Assembly: GCA_965197475.1 (NCBI GenBank)
Contig: CBDANF010000003.1
Location: 3,904,001 to 3,968,000 of the forward strand
Direction: 5' to 3'
Length of the DNA stretch: 64,000 bases
Source: Candidatus Poribacteria bacterium
GTDB lineage: Bacteria > Poribacteria > WGA-4E > WGA-3G
Below are positions 41,740-51,639 of the stretch, one piece after another. The notes under the pieces are model-generated. The model ran no database searches and had not been told where the DNA came from. It was given only the letters and a program-made list of their open reading frames with translations. The translations under genes were made by a program, and so were the position numbers. Positions within the stretch are counted from its first letter, which is position 1, and each line of letters begins with the position of its first letter.

Positions 41740-44678
41740 TACATATTATTATCCGACTTTATCGCTTCACTTAACACTTCAATCGGATGCTTTGGCTGGA
41801 TACCTGTCCCGTGTTGAAGCTGATGTCGGCAGGAAAATCCTGACGCAGTCAGCGTAAATTCTCCAGATTTTTCACGGATAGTTGGGAAAAGGCGGAGTTC
41901 GCCAATGTTCATAGAAAGTTCGTAGTGTGTTTTTTCGTACCCAAATGAACCTGCCATGCCACAACAACTTGAATCAATAGTTGTGACGTTGTGCGCCTGC
42001 GGTAACTCAAGCATTTGCAACACGGGTTGGATACCAACTAGTGCTCTCTGGTGACAGTGTCCGTGTAACAAAACTTCGCGTGGCTCGGTTTCAAAAGTGA
42101 GTGGGAGTTCACCGTTTTGGTGTGCCTGAAGGATAAATTCTTCCAGTGAGCAGGTAGTCTCAGCAACCTGTTTTGCCTTATTTGTGCTAATAAGGTCAAC
42201 ATAATCGTCAGTCAAGGTAGATGTGCAACTCGGTTCACACCCAACAATTGGGATTCCTGCTTCCGCATAAGTGTAGAGTTGGTCAATATTATAATTTGCG
42301 TTTTCAATGGCTCTGTCAAGCATTCCCTCAGAGATTAGCGGTCTACCACAACAACGTTTCTCCGGCAAAATTACCTCAAATCCGGCTGATTCCAAGACAT
42401 GCACCGCAGCTTTACCGATATTCGGTTCACTGTGATTCATAAAGGTATCGTGAAACAGCACGACTTTTTTATCAGACGTTTGTGTTGATCGGCGTTTTCG
42501 GAACCATTTCTCAAAAGTTTGATGAACAAACGTAGGCATATCACGGCGGCGGTCAACACCGAGTATTTTCTCAGCCATCCACTTGGAAAGTGGGTTATTC
42601 GTTGCCCAATTGGAAACAGGAGCAAATGCTGAACCTAATACAGCGAATGACCCAATTTCACCGAAAAGCCGATTACGGAGTGGAAGTCCGTTTGCTTTTC
42701 GGTAGTGTGCAAGCATCTCGTATTTTATTTTTGCCATGTCAACATTGGAGGGGCACTCTGCTTTACACGCTTTGCAACCGAGGCATAAGTCTAGCACATC
42801 GTATAAACGTTCACTTGTGAAATCTGTGTGTGGTAAAGCACCAGAGATAACAGATCGGAGTGCATTGGCACGTCCGCGCGTAGAATGTTCCTCTTCTCGC
42901 GTTGCGATGAAGGAGGGGCACATCGTACCAGTAAGTGTTTTGCGACACGCACCGACTCCGTTGCACATCTCGATTGCCCTACCGAATCCATCTTGTGCAG
43001 AAAAATCGAAATAGGTATCAATTTTAATGGTGTTATATTTTGCGCCGAATCGGAGGTTTTCTGTCATTGGTGGAGGATCAATGATTTTACCGGGGTTCAT
43101 AATACCGTCTGGGTCGAAAGCTTCTTTTACTTCTCGGAGTGCCTGATATATCTGTGGACCAAACATGCTCTCAATCCATTCACTTCGTACAAGTCCATCG
43201 CCGTGTTCTCCGCTCATTGCACCGCCAAGGTTCATAAGTAGGTCGCGCACCTCGCTTGCGATATTGTGCATCTTTTGAATATCTGACTCTGATTTCAGAT
43301 TAATAATCGGACGGTTGTGGAGTAATCCGACACTTGCGTGGGCATAGTAAGAGGCAGTCGTATCGTGTTTCTTGACAATTTCGTCGAATCGGCGGACATA
43401 TTCAGGTAGGTTTTCAATTGCGACAGCAGCATCTTCCACAAATCCAATCGGTTTTGCGTCGCCTTTCATTCCCATCAGTAAACCGAGACCTGCTTTACGG
43501 GTTTCCCAGACGCGCGCTTTTTCTTCAGCAGTAAAACATCGCACAAACGCAAAACCGAATCCAGCACGCCGCAAAGTTTTTTCAAGATGGTCTATGTGTT
43601 CCTTCATCTCCGTTTCTGTTTCACCGTAAAATTCAACAGCGAGGAGTGCTTCGGGGCTGCCTTGGATGAAGCTGGTTAGTCGTGAAAACTCCAAAGATCC
43701 TTGTGCCATGTCAATTATCGTTTTGTCAATCAGTTCAACTGCGGTTGGGTTGCACGCTAAGATCGGTTGCATCGCCTCCATAGCAGCGATGAGCGACTTG
43801 AAATGAACAACACACAGACACGTCATTTTTGGCACTAGGACCAAATTGATCTTCGCCTCAGTGATTGTTGCCAATGTGCCTTCGGAACCGACCACAATTT
43901 TTGCCAAACTGAAAGGACGGTAGGCATCACACCCGTCTCGTCGATAGGGGGTTACCTCTTTTGAACCAGCATCTGAAACATATTCGTCAAGGTTATAACC
44001 TGCGACTCTGCGCAAAATTCGTGGATAGCGTTTACGGATTTCATCTGTATTTTCAGCACAGATTCTGCAAAGTTCTTGATAGATTTGTGCTTCTAAAGAA
44101 TCACCTTCTTTTTTGGATGCGACTTCGGTAAATGATAAAGGGGCTGCTGTAATCTCATCACCGTTCGCGAGGACAAGGTCTAACGACATCACATGGTCAA
44201 TCGTTTTACCGTAGATAAGGGAGTGTGAACCTGCGGAGTTATTACCGATGGTGCCGCCGACGTTCGCGCGGCTACTTGTTGCTACATCGGGAGCATACAT
44301 GAGTCCATGTGGTTTGAGTTGGTGATTTAACTCGTCAAGAACGATACCCGGTTGCACGCGTGCCCAGTGTTCATCGACGTTAACCTCAATAAGTTCGTTC
44401 ATGAACTTGGACATGTCCAAGACGATTGCTTTGCCAACGCTTTGTCCTGCGAGACTCGTTCCACCACCGCGGGGGAGAATAGGGATTTTACGTTCAGCAG
44501 CAATCTGGACTGTTTTGATTACGTCCTCTTTATGTTTGGGAACAACAACACCAATCGGTTCAATTTGGTAGAGGCTTGCATCCGTACTATAGAGTGCCTT
44601 TGAGTATGCATCAAAGCGCACTTCTCCCTCAAGTTCTTTCGCGAGAAGATGTTCTAATGCTGGCTCAGAATTTTGCAT
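41739..44678 (-). CDS. FAD-binding and Fe-S oxidoreductase (YdiJ/GlcD-GlcF fusion type)
   Basis: PRGGGTSLAGQ, GSEGTL, SGEHGDG, CLGCKACKAECP, CCG domains. Confidence 0.93.
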   Translation of the reverse strand: MQNSEPALEHLLAKELEGEVRFDAYSKALYSTDASLYQIEPIGVVVPKHKEDVIKTVQIAAERKIPILPRGGGTSLAGQSVGKAIVLDMSKFMNELIEVNVDEHWARVQPGIVLDELNHQLKPHGLMYAPDVATSSRANVGGTIGNNSAGSHSLIYGKTIDHVMSLDLVLANGDEITAAPLSFTEVASKKEGDSLEAQIYQELCRICAENTDEIRKRYPRILRRVAGYNLDEYVSDAGSKEVTPYRRDGCDAYRPFSLAKIVVGSEGTLATITEAKINLVLVPKMTCLCVVHFKSLIAAMEAMQPILACNPTAVELIDKTIIDMAQGSLEFSRLTSFIQGSPEALLAVEFYGETETEMKEHIDHLEKTLRRAGFGFAFVRCFTAEEKARVWETRKAGLGLLMGMKGDAKPIGFVEDAAVAIENLPEYVRRFDEIVKKHDTTASYYAHASVGLLHNRPIINLKSESDIQKMHNIASEVRDLLMNLGGAMSGEHGDGLVRSEWIESMFGPQIYQALREVKEAFDPDGIMNPGKIIDPPPMTENLRFGAKYNTIKIDTYFDFSAQDGFGRAIEMCNGVGACRKTLTGTMCPSFIATREEEHSTRGRANALRSVISGALPHTDFTSERLYDVLDLCLGCKACKAECPSNVDMAKIKYEMLAHYRKANGLPLRNRLFGEIGSFAVLGSAFAPVSNWATNNPLSKWMAEKILGVDRRRDMPTFVHQTFEKWFRKRRSTQTSDKKVVLFHDTFMNHSEPNIGKAAVHVLESAGFEVILPEKRCCGRPLISEGMLDRAIENANYNIDQLYTYAEAGIPIVGCEPSCTSTLTDDYVDLISTNKAKQVAETTCSLEEFILQAHQNGELPLTFETEPREVLLHGHCHQRALVGIQPVLQMLELPQAHNVTTIDSSCCGMAGSFGYEKTHYELSMNIGELRLFPTIREKSGEFTLTASGFSCRHQLQHGTGIQPKHPIEVLSEAIKSDNNM

Positions 44679-45021
44679 CCGTTTCCAATTCCTATGAGAA
44701 TGATTTTAGCAATTATAGATATGTTAGACGGTAAGTATGCCAAAAAAGATATAGAACTGACATTTCTCAAGTGGCTTAGCTGCCAAAATAGACAAGGGTT
44801 TACTTGAATTGAAGTCATGAAAATGCTATCTGAAAATCGGATAGGAATTCATCAAGCTGTCTCCACGCCAGTTGATAAGCACGTCTGGAATTTAGAGAGA
44901 GCGTCCCACGCGATGCCGATCCGAAGTTTATCGTCATCGGTGAGTTGCAGATTGCTTGGGTGATCAATCGGGACAATATTTTGCATCATTGGTTCTTCTT
45001 AAAGGCTTAGCGTGTCAATTG

Positions 45022-45597
45022 TCATACCTTTATATGCCCATCTATATCGTGTTTGTTGTAGACATTGAAAATATCATGGCAGAATGCTATCATTTCTCGG
45101 TCATCAACTTTCATTGCGTCCTCATAAACCTTTATGAAAAAACGCTTACCTGCCTCTGTCTGTGAGTAGTTTTTCTTCATTGAGTTATGCTTATAGCAGA
45201 GCGTCTGTCCATTCTCAAGGGAATTCTCGCCACCTTTAGACCTTGGGATTTTGTGGTCGGCAGCGATTTCAATGCCATCTTGCTGTCCAAGTCCACAGAT
45301 CATGCACTTATACCCGTCTCTGCGGAAAATAGCTGCTTTGTTGACTTCGGAAAAATCGTGGAATTCGCCTTCCCGTTCAAAGTCAGGATCGTATTTGTAG
45401 AAACCTTGCTTCCCCTTTATCTTTATCAATCTCCCCTCGCCAGAAAGTTGGTTGACATCTGTGCTGATGTCTTGCAGTTTTTTGCCATGAGTTTCGAAGG
45501 ATTCTTTGACACCTTCACGTACTTCGGATGTGTGTATCTCTCTTTCGGGATTTTTCTTGAAGTAATCCATGATAAGTGGTTTTCTTGACGTACTCAT
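45022..45597 (-). CDS. HNH endonuclease with N-terminal extension
   Basis: RRDGYKCMICG...DHKIPRSKGG...NGQTLCYKHN. Confidence 0.88.
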   Translation of the reverse strand: MSTSRKPLIMDYFKKNPEREIHTSEVREGVKESFETHGKKLQDISTDVNQLSGEGRLIKIKGKQGFYKYDPDFEREGEFHDFSEVNKAAIFRRDGYKCMICGLGQQDGIEIAADHKIPRSKGGENSLENGQTLCYKHNSMKKNYSQTEAGKRFFIKVYEDAMKVDDREMIAFCHDIFNVYNKHDIDGHIKV

Positions 45598-45613
45598 TGC
45601 TGTGATCTCCTTT

Positions 45614-46843
45614 CTACTTCTGCTTGTTTATATCTGTCAGTTGGCGTAGTTGCCTTTGTATCCGCTTTTTCATTTTCACATCGTTTTTTTTTGTTGCAAG
45701 TTTCAACGCTATGTGGCAATCTTGCTCTGCTGCCTCTATTTGATTAAGTTCTCTTTTTGCCCTGGCACGCCAGTGGTAAGCGAGGGTGCTTTCAGAATAA
45801 TATTGTAGGATCGCATCATAATCTGAAATTGCTGCTTCGTATTGCCCGCACATTTCATTCGCATGTGCCCGCCTAAAATAGGCTTCTACATAGTCAGGTT
45901 TGAGACGGATCGCTGTATCGTAGTCCGCAATCGCAGCAGCATATCGATCACCCCCAAGAGATGTCTTTGCCTCTGCTCGACAGAAGTAGGTTTCCGCGTC
46001 ATCAGAATTAAGATGGATGGCAGTATCATAGTCTGAAATCGCATCTATATATTGTCTAAGTTCGTGTTTCGCTTGCCCTCGATAGATATAGGCTTTCGTA
46101 TAATTAGGTTCAAGACAAAGCACCTTATCGTAGTCTGCGATCGCACCCGTATACGCCGCCAGGCGACTGTTAGTGACATCTACCTTGCGTAAAATACCAT
46201 CATACTCATCCGAGAAAAATATCGCCCAAAGCAGGAGACTCTCAGAATCGCGAGCAGGGGCAAGTCCTGCCTTCAATATACCACGATTTAGGTATGCTTT
46301 AGCAAAGTCAGGTAAAAGTCGGATTGCTGTATCAAAATCACGAATTGCTGAAAGAATCGCAGCTGCAGCTTCAGTCTGAAGATGTGATACAAACATTGGA
46401 TTAATACCGTGTTCTTCAATACTTCTATTATAAGCCTTCAGAGATTGACGGTGAAGTTCTGCCTTAGCTAAGCCACGATTGAAGTAGAAGAATCCGTTTA
46501 TTGGATCAAGTCTAATTGCTATATTGTAATCCGAAATAGCGTCTCCAGCGTCTCCGTGTTTTCCCTTTTCTGTCTTGTCTATACCACGAGCATTGTAGGA
46601 TAATGCTTTTTGAGTTCTGTCAGGGATTTGTATCGGCAGTGTTATGTCATCTTTACAAATATGACGTAGCCAGGGCGGTCCCACGTTGTTATAAAACACA
46701 TCGGTGCCATCCCGCATGATATAAAACACATATTCTTTGCAAGTGGAACAAAAACATCCCAGCATTGCAATGGGGCGTTCATAGTCGCGGGCACTCTCAT
46801 TATTATCATCATCAAAAAGACTCAGTTGTTTTGTTCCGCCCAT
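45614..46843 (-). CDS. TPR-repeat protein with N-terminal putative Zn-binding motif
   Basis: Repeated AISDYD.AIRL.P..AY..RG units; N-terminal CSTC...GPPWLRHIC. Confidence 0.88.
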   Translation of the reverse strand: MGGTKQLSLFDDDNNESARDYERPIAMLGCFCSTCKEYVFYIMRDGTDVFYNNVGPPWLRHICKDDITLPIQIPDRTQKALSYNARGIDKTEKGKHGDAGDAISDYNIAIRLDPINGFFYFNRGLAKAELHRQSLKAYNRSIEEHGINPMFVSHLQTEAAAAILSAIRDFDTAIRLLPDFAKAYLNRGILKAGLAPARDSESLLLWAIFFSDEYDGILRKVDVTNSRLAAYTGAIADYDKVLCLEPNYTKAYIYRGQAKHELRQYIDAISDYDTAIHLNSDDAETYFCRAEAKTSLGGDRYAAAIADYDTAIRLKPDYVEAYFRRAHANEMCGQYEAAISDYDAILQYYSESTLAYHWRARAKRELNQIEAAEQDCHIALKLATKKNDVKMKKRIQRQLRQLTDINKQK

Positions 46844-47011
46844 ATATAGCCTTTTCGTAATTTTTCTTCATCAGAGAGTTGTAGCATTGATCATTGCTTT
46901 TGAGATAGCTCTTCTATACTGGCTGCAATCTTCCCAAGTGTTTCATCCATCTTGTTGAGATATTCCTTGATATGACTTATCATATTCACGTCCGCTACTT
47001 CCTTTTCATTT

Positions 47012-47908
47012 TCATTCTTTGATAGGAACGATATTTTCAGCAGATAAGCCCTTATCCATCTGACGTATATCAAATTTTACTTTCTGACCAGGTTTTAATG
47101 AACAGATTTCGTCCATAATTTGAGACTTATGGACAAAGATATTGCGATGCTCATGTTCTTCACTTATTATGAAACCATAACCTTTGTTTTCATCAAACCA
47201 TTCTACTTGACCTTGCGTCCATCTGAGGTGAGGAGAAAGTACTTTTTCAATCATTCCAACGGCTTCCTTAAACGGAATTTGGAAAAATTCTCTATCGTAT
47301 CGTATTCGATATTCAGAAAGCAATTTGTGAACAAGTTTCTCAGCTTCTTCTGCATTATCTACCTTGTAAACAGTTCTTGCAGAATATGGTTTCAATACAC
47401 CTGTGTGTGAGTTTATCTCCCTAACACGCTCTTCCACAGAGCGTGTCGTCATACCTATTTTCAAAATGTCAGGTTCATCTTTTCTTGATAGTACATACAA
47501 CCACCCGCTCTTTCCCTGTGCATTCGGGACTTTCGTCCGATTCTTCCATTGACTTAAGTAAGTCGGAAGTGTACTGTTGACCAAATCCTTTCGTATTGAC
47601 ATTGATTGTTCAAAGTCGTTTTCTTTTATACTCTTTCGGAGTTTTACTAATTGATAAACAATAGATTCCATCTCGTTTTTAGGCGGACATCCGAGTCTAT
47701 TATAAACAGTAAACCAATTCCATTGATCCTTACGTATGGAACGGTTAAACATGCCTTTCAGTTCTGAAATAGCATCCAATTCGACTTCAGATGGTGATAT
47801 TTTATTCTTGAGGAAAAGAGAGACGTTGTTCACAGCAGCATCAAACCGCTTTCCCATTGTTACCGAAATATCGGACATTCCAAATTCATACTTATGTAGA
47901 GTTCGCAT
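47012..47908 (-). CDS. GIY-YIG (T5orf172-like) nuclease fused to a C-terminal cold-shock domain
   Basis: GWLYVLS...LKIGMTTRSVEERVREI...EKLVH...REFF; CSD GQVEWFDENKGYGFI...IFVHKSQI. Confidence 0.85.
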   Translation of the reverse strand: MRTLHKYEFGMSDISVTMGKRFDAAVNNVSLFLKNKISPSEVELDAISELKGMFNRSIRKDQWNWFTVYNRLGCPPKNEMESIVYQLVKLRKSIKENDFEQSMSIRKDLVNSTLPTYLSQWKNRTKVPNAQGKSGWLYVLSRKDEPDILKIGMTTRSVEERVREINSHTGVLKPYSARTVYKVDNAEEAEKLVHKLLSEYRIRYDREFFQIPFKEAVGMIEKVLSPHLRWTQGQVEWFDENKGYGFIISEEHEHRNIFVHKSQIMDEICSLKPGQKVKFDIRQMDKGLSAENIVPIKE

Positions 47909-48049
47909 TTTGTTTCCTCTTTGTATTAGAATCTGTATTGACACAGATAAAGGACAAGGGTACAACCGCAATATGATTTCGTAGACAGGCATATTTACAG
48001 ACGTACCTTGATGTTCGTAAAGATGAAGTATTTATGAAATACACACACT

Positions 48050-48400
48050 TTAGAATACCAAAAACTGATAATCCTCTTTTTGAGCCTTCCGCCTCGCTTC
48101 TGCCAATCCATTTACCTCAAACACTGTTTCTGCTAACCAGTCCCTTTTATTCTGTGGAACCATAAATATAAGTGTTTTCCTTTCTTCATCAAACAAAGCA
48201 GCAGGAAAACGTTCTAATTCAAGCAGTCTACTGCGGACACGATCTCTGCGAATTTCAAGACCCCTTTCATCAAGGCGTTGTGTGCAATGTTCTGATTCAA
48301 ATATTCTCCCATACTTCTTTTTTAATTTATTTTCTTCTGGAGTAGCATTTTTAGTAGCTATCTCTCGGTTTCTTTGATTTATTTCTTTGTAATTTATCAT
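48050..48400 (-). CDS. Hypothetical protein (116 aa)
   Basis: ORF overlapping the end of the upstream DUF433 gene; GGAG RBS. Confidence 0.55.
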   Translation of the reverse strand: MINYKEINQRNREIATKNATPEENKLKKKYGRIFESEHCTQRLDERGLEIRRDRVRSRLLELERFPAALFDEERKTLIFMVPQNKRDWLAETVFEVNGLAEARRKAQKEDYQFLVF

Positions 48401-48968
48401 CTGAGATCTCCTCCGATTTTATCGTGTTTAATGTCTCAAATACCGTTTCCAACGCGAACTCTAAAAATGCGATTGCCTGCTCTCTCGACACAGAAGTGAA
48501 CCCATCAAGAAAGTCATCAAGGCTCTCTCCTGCTTTTAGATGATCAATCAGCGACTTTATCGGCACCCGTGTGCCGATAAACACTGGCTCGCCGCCGTGA
48601 ATGTTGGGGTCTTGGTTTATCATTGCTTTGTATAAACGAAATGCAGTCCACTCGGTATCTAAATTTTGCCGAGAACTTTCATCACCGCTTTTGTAGAACC
48701 GACCTGGGGGACACACTTCTGACATAAGTGGAACATTTATCGCTTGAGATAACTTATCACATATATCTTCAATAACACTTCCGCCACGTTCCGTCCGCTC
48801 CATTTTTGGTTTTACTCGGACATATAGTTCATCATTTCTCACTCGCTCCAAAAAATCTTCTGATAATTTTTTAGACACCTGATCACTATATTCCAAGAAT
48901 GGATAATCTTCTTTTAGAATACGCTCCAGTTTATTTACAACAAACGGGTTTTCGTGTAGTTTTTCCAT
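48351..48968 (-). CDS. DUF433-domain protein with N-terminal unknown domain
   Basis: C-terminal INQDPNIHGGEPVFIGTRVPIKSLIDHLKAGESLDDFL...VSREQ. Confidence 0.8.
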   Translation of the reverse strand: MEKLHENPFVVNKLERILKEDYPFLEYSDQVSKKLSEDFLERVRNDELYVRVKPKMERTERGGSVIEDICDKLSQAINVPLMSEVCPPGRFYKSGDESSRQNLDTEWTAFRLYKAMINQDPNIHGGEPVFIGTRVPIKSLIDHLKAGESLDDFLDGFTSVSREQAIAFLEFALETVFETLNTIKSEEISDDKLQRNKSKKPRDSY

Positions 48969-49111
48969 TATTATTCCTTGTGATATGCTGCTGTGTCAGA
49001 ATAGTAAAAAAGTGGCTGAAAATTGGATAGAGTTTGATAAGTAATTATCAAATCCTGAATACAATTAGAGGATAACACCGATACACCAAGAAGTCAAGTA
49101 AATAACTACAG

Positions 49112-49371
49112 CTGGTATTTCTCAAAAGCACTCAGAAGCCAATATCTATCAACGATCTCTCACTCTCAATATGAGGTTATGAAAATGCTGATTGATATAT
49201 TCTCAATGGATGCCCATTGGGTGAAAACTTAGCCTTATGAAATTGTCAATTTAATGGTTTTTTCAACGGAAAAACAAGCAGAATTATCATAATGGAGAAC
49301 GCATTTTCATGCCTGTATAAGTGTTTTGGACTGATGATTATTGGGTTTAGAACAATTATGAGAAATGCCAG
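49112..49371. repeat. MITE-like element with nested inverted repeats
   Basis: CTGGTATTTCTCA..ATGAAAATGC / GCATTTTCAT..TGAGAAATGCCAG; a related left end is at 44757-44827. Confidence 0.6.
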
Positions 49372-49417
49372 TAGAAAAACAAGTTTTTTCTTGAGATACG
49401 GAATTCCTACAATTAAT

Positions 49418-49446
49418 TTGACTTTCTGCTCGTTAAAAAGTATAAT
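49418..49446 (+). promoter_or_regulatory. Sigma70 promoter of tRNA-Leu
   Basis: TTGACT-17 bp-TATAAT. Confidence 0.7.
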
Positions 49447-49462
49447 TATTAGACGCTTAAAT

Positions 49463-49545
49463 GCCCCTGTGGTGGAATTGGTATACACGGCAGGTTGAGG
49501 GCCTGTGCCTTAATTGGCATGCTGGTTCGAGTCCAGTCGGGGGCA
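49463..49545 (+). tRNA. tRNA-Leu(GAG)
   Basis: GCCCCTG acceptor stem, anticodon arm GCAGG-TTGAGGG-CCTGT, long variable arm, GGTTCGAGT. Confidence 0.93.
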
Positions 49546-49666
49546 TTCCTACCCTACAATTACATCATCAGAATACATGCAAGGGTGTAATATCAAATTA
49601 ACTTGATTCGCCGTCTTCCGGTAAAGTCAGCATTGTGAGGAGAGCCCAGAGACCTCGTGCTACAAA

Positions 49667-50794
49667 TTAGGTCAAGAGTTGCTGATAAACTTCATAGGTG
49701 CGTTGCGCAATTGTCTCCCACGTGAAATGTTGTACCCTCTCTAAACCACGTTTTTGAAGAGATTCTCGAAGTGTAGGATCGTTAGCAATTTTGCGTATCC
49801 GTTCAGCCAAAGCCGCGGTGTCTCCTTCTGGAAAGACTAATCCAGCATCTCCAATAACCTGTGAGATTTCTCCTGAATCTGACCCGATAACTGGAACTTC
49901 GCATGCCATTCCTTCAATAAGTACTCTACCGAAAAATTCTACCCAGTCTGCAGTCGTGCGGGACGGTAAAACCAATGTATCCATACAGTTAAGGTAATCG
50001 GGAACTTCTTCGGGGGGAACGGCGTCTATCCAGACAATTTTCTCAGAGATTTGATGTTTTGCGGCGATCTCTTGGAATTTTGACTTATCCTCGCCGCGTC
50101 CAACTATTAAAAGTTTGAACGGGAAGTCAAACGTTGCTGCCGCTTCAATGACCGTGTCAACGCCTTTCATCTGAATTAACCTGCCAACATAACCGATGAC
50201 AAAACAGTTGGCAAGTCCAAGAGATGTTTTCAGTTGGCTCATATCCTGCTTCTGAAACAGCGAAATATCAACGCCATTTGGAAACGGAATCTGCGCACCA
50301 CTATACCCTCTTTGCCTTAATATTTTGCCCGCATTTTCGCTGAGTGGAAAAGCCATGTCGGTTTCGCGGAAAACGCGGCTTTCAATCCAAACAGGTAAGG
50401 GGCCAAAACGTTGTTTAGATGGAATGCTAAGCGAGGTGCGAAAGATGAATCGACTCTTTGGACAGTACTTGCGTTTCAGTCGTACCGTCTGCAAAGCGTT
50501 GAGACTCCATGCTTCCTCTTCAAGATGGATAATATCGGGCTGAAAGTCCTTGAAATGCTGTGCTATGCCGCTCCGATAGTAAAAACGACTGCCATAGCCA
50601 GAAAATCGTATGGGACAAGGTAACTCTTCACAGTGAGCGTCAGACTCTGGCGCAAAATGTATCTCTTGAATACTTTCGTACCAACGATCAGGCGTGAGCA
50701 CACGCATTGCAACATCCGGCTTCGCTGCAATGAGGTTGAACTTCCTCCGATACGGTTTCATTATATACGAATGAGAAAGGACTAAGACACGCAC
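49667..50794 (-). CDS. GT4 family glycosyltransferase
   Basis: PNGVD, GYVGRL...KGV, EFFGRVLIEGMAC. Confidence 0.93.
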   Translation of the reverse strand: MRVLVLSHSYIMKPYRRKFNLIAAKPDVAMRVLTPDRWYESIQEIHFAPESDAHCEELPCPIRFSGYGSRFYYRSGIAQHFKDFQPDIIHLEEEAWSLNALQTVRLKRKYCPKSRFIFRTSLSIPSKQRFGPLPVWIESRVFRETDMAFPLSENAGKILRQRGYSGAQIPFPNGVDISLFQKQDMSQLKTSLGLANCFVIGYVGRLIQMKGVDTVIEAAATFDFPFKLLIVGRGEDKSKFQEIAAKHQISEKIVWIDAVPPEEVPDYLNCMDTLVLPSRTTADWVEFFGRVLIEGMACEVPVIGSDSGEISQVIGDAGLVFPEGDTAALAERIRKIANDPTLRESLQKRGLERVQHFTWETIAQRTYEVYQQLLT

Positions 50795-50820
50795 AAGTTT
50801 TGTCTTCAGTATGTACCTCT

Positions 50821-51174
50821 TTAATTAGCCGTAAATGTTACCTCAGCTTCAGTATTGCTTTCTGTTTTATCAGCATTTTCTGATGTGCCATCTGGTTCTT
50901 TGAGTTCTGCCATTAATCCCTCAAGTTGACGTCGAATTCCTACGCGCTCTTCTTCAGTAGCTAAGCGTGTGAGTTCCGCTGCTTCTCGCATCTCACTATT
51001 GAGGTTTTCCAATTCCTGAATTCTGGCATCACGTTGCAGTACATCGCTGTTGAGTCGTGCAATTTCTGCTTCAAGTTCAAGTTTTTCATCCCTTAATTTT
51101 TTGACGGTTGAGATAGCAAGGTCAACATGTTCTTCTAAAAGAGATACCACGTTTTTTCCTGTTGTTTCAGACAT
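50821..51174 (-). CDS. Coiled-coil protein (ZapB-like)
   Basis: Heptad pattern LLEEHVDLAISTVKKLRDEKLEL; RBS GGAGG. Confidence 0.6.
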   Translation of the reverse strand: MSETTGKNVVSLLEEHVDLAISTVKKLRDEKLELEAEIARLNSDVLQRDARIQELENLNSEMREAAELTRLATEEERVGIRRQLEGLMAELKEPDGTSENADKTESNTEAEVTFTAN

Positions 51175-51353
51175 TGAATCCTCCTAAATTTACTTTTTAG
51201 CTAACTTCTATTATTTACAGTGCATCTCAAGATACAATTTTGTTGAGTTCACTCCGTTCAACCCAACCTATTAGGATATACCAATGAATTGTAGCTATGG
51301 TGATTTATGAGATGCTTGTAGTCCAACTTACTGCAATATATGAAAGTTTATAT

Positions 51354-51637
51354 TAACGTGAGTTCGACTAAGCCTCGTAGGGAATCAACGCCAAATGCGC
51401 TTTGGGCATCCGTCCAAATCAACGCAGCGTGCGCGTATGGCACGCTGCGGGGTAGAACAACGTGAAACCTAACACGCTTTCATGTTTGCGGCGGTTAATT
51501 GTTGGGTTTCGCTATACCTATCCATACGATAGGTGCTGAAACGCATAACTCCTATGAATACTTGGTAGCAGCAGATTGTTTTTTACCGCTCTACCCAACC
51601 TACAATACACTTGAATTCTTATTTCAAACTCACGTTA
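51354..51637. repeat. MITE-like element with REP cargo
   Basis: TIRs TAACGTGAGTTCGA / TCAAACTCACGTTA; inside CGCAGCGTGC..GCACGCTGCG and GTTGGGTTTC...CTCTACCCAACCTAC. Confidence 0.7.
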
Positions 51638-51639
51638 TA

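Noticed and set aside
44852-46983. Tiny minus-strand ORFs at 44852-44989 (45 aa) and 46891-46983 (30 aa)
   Set aside because: No recognisable motifs; cannot be distinguished from chance ORFs or relics
44700-49545. tRNA-Leu as the attachment site of the island
   Set aside because: The island lies 5' of the tRNA; no duplicated tRNA end and no integrase seen
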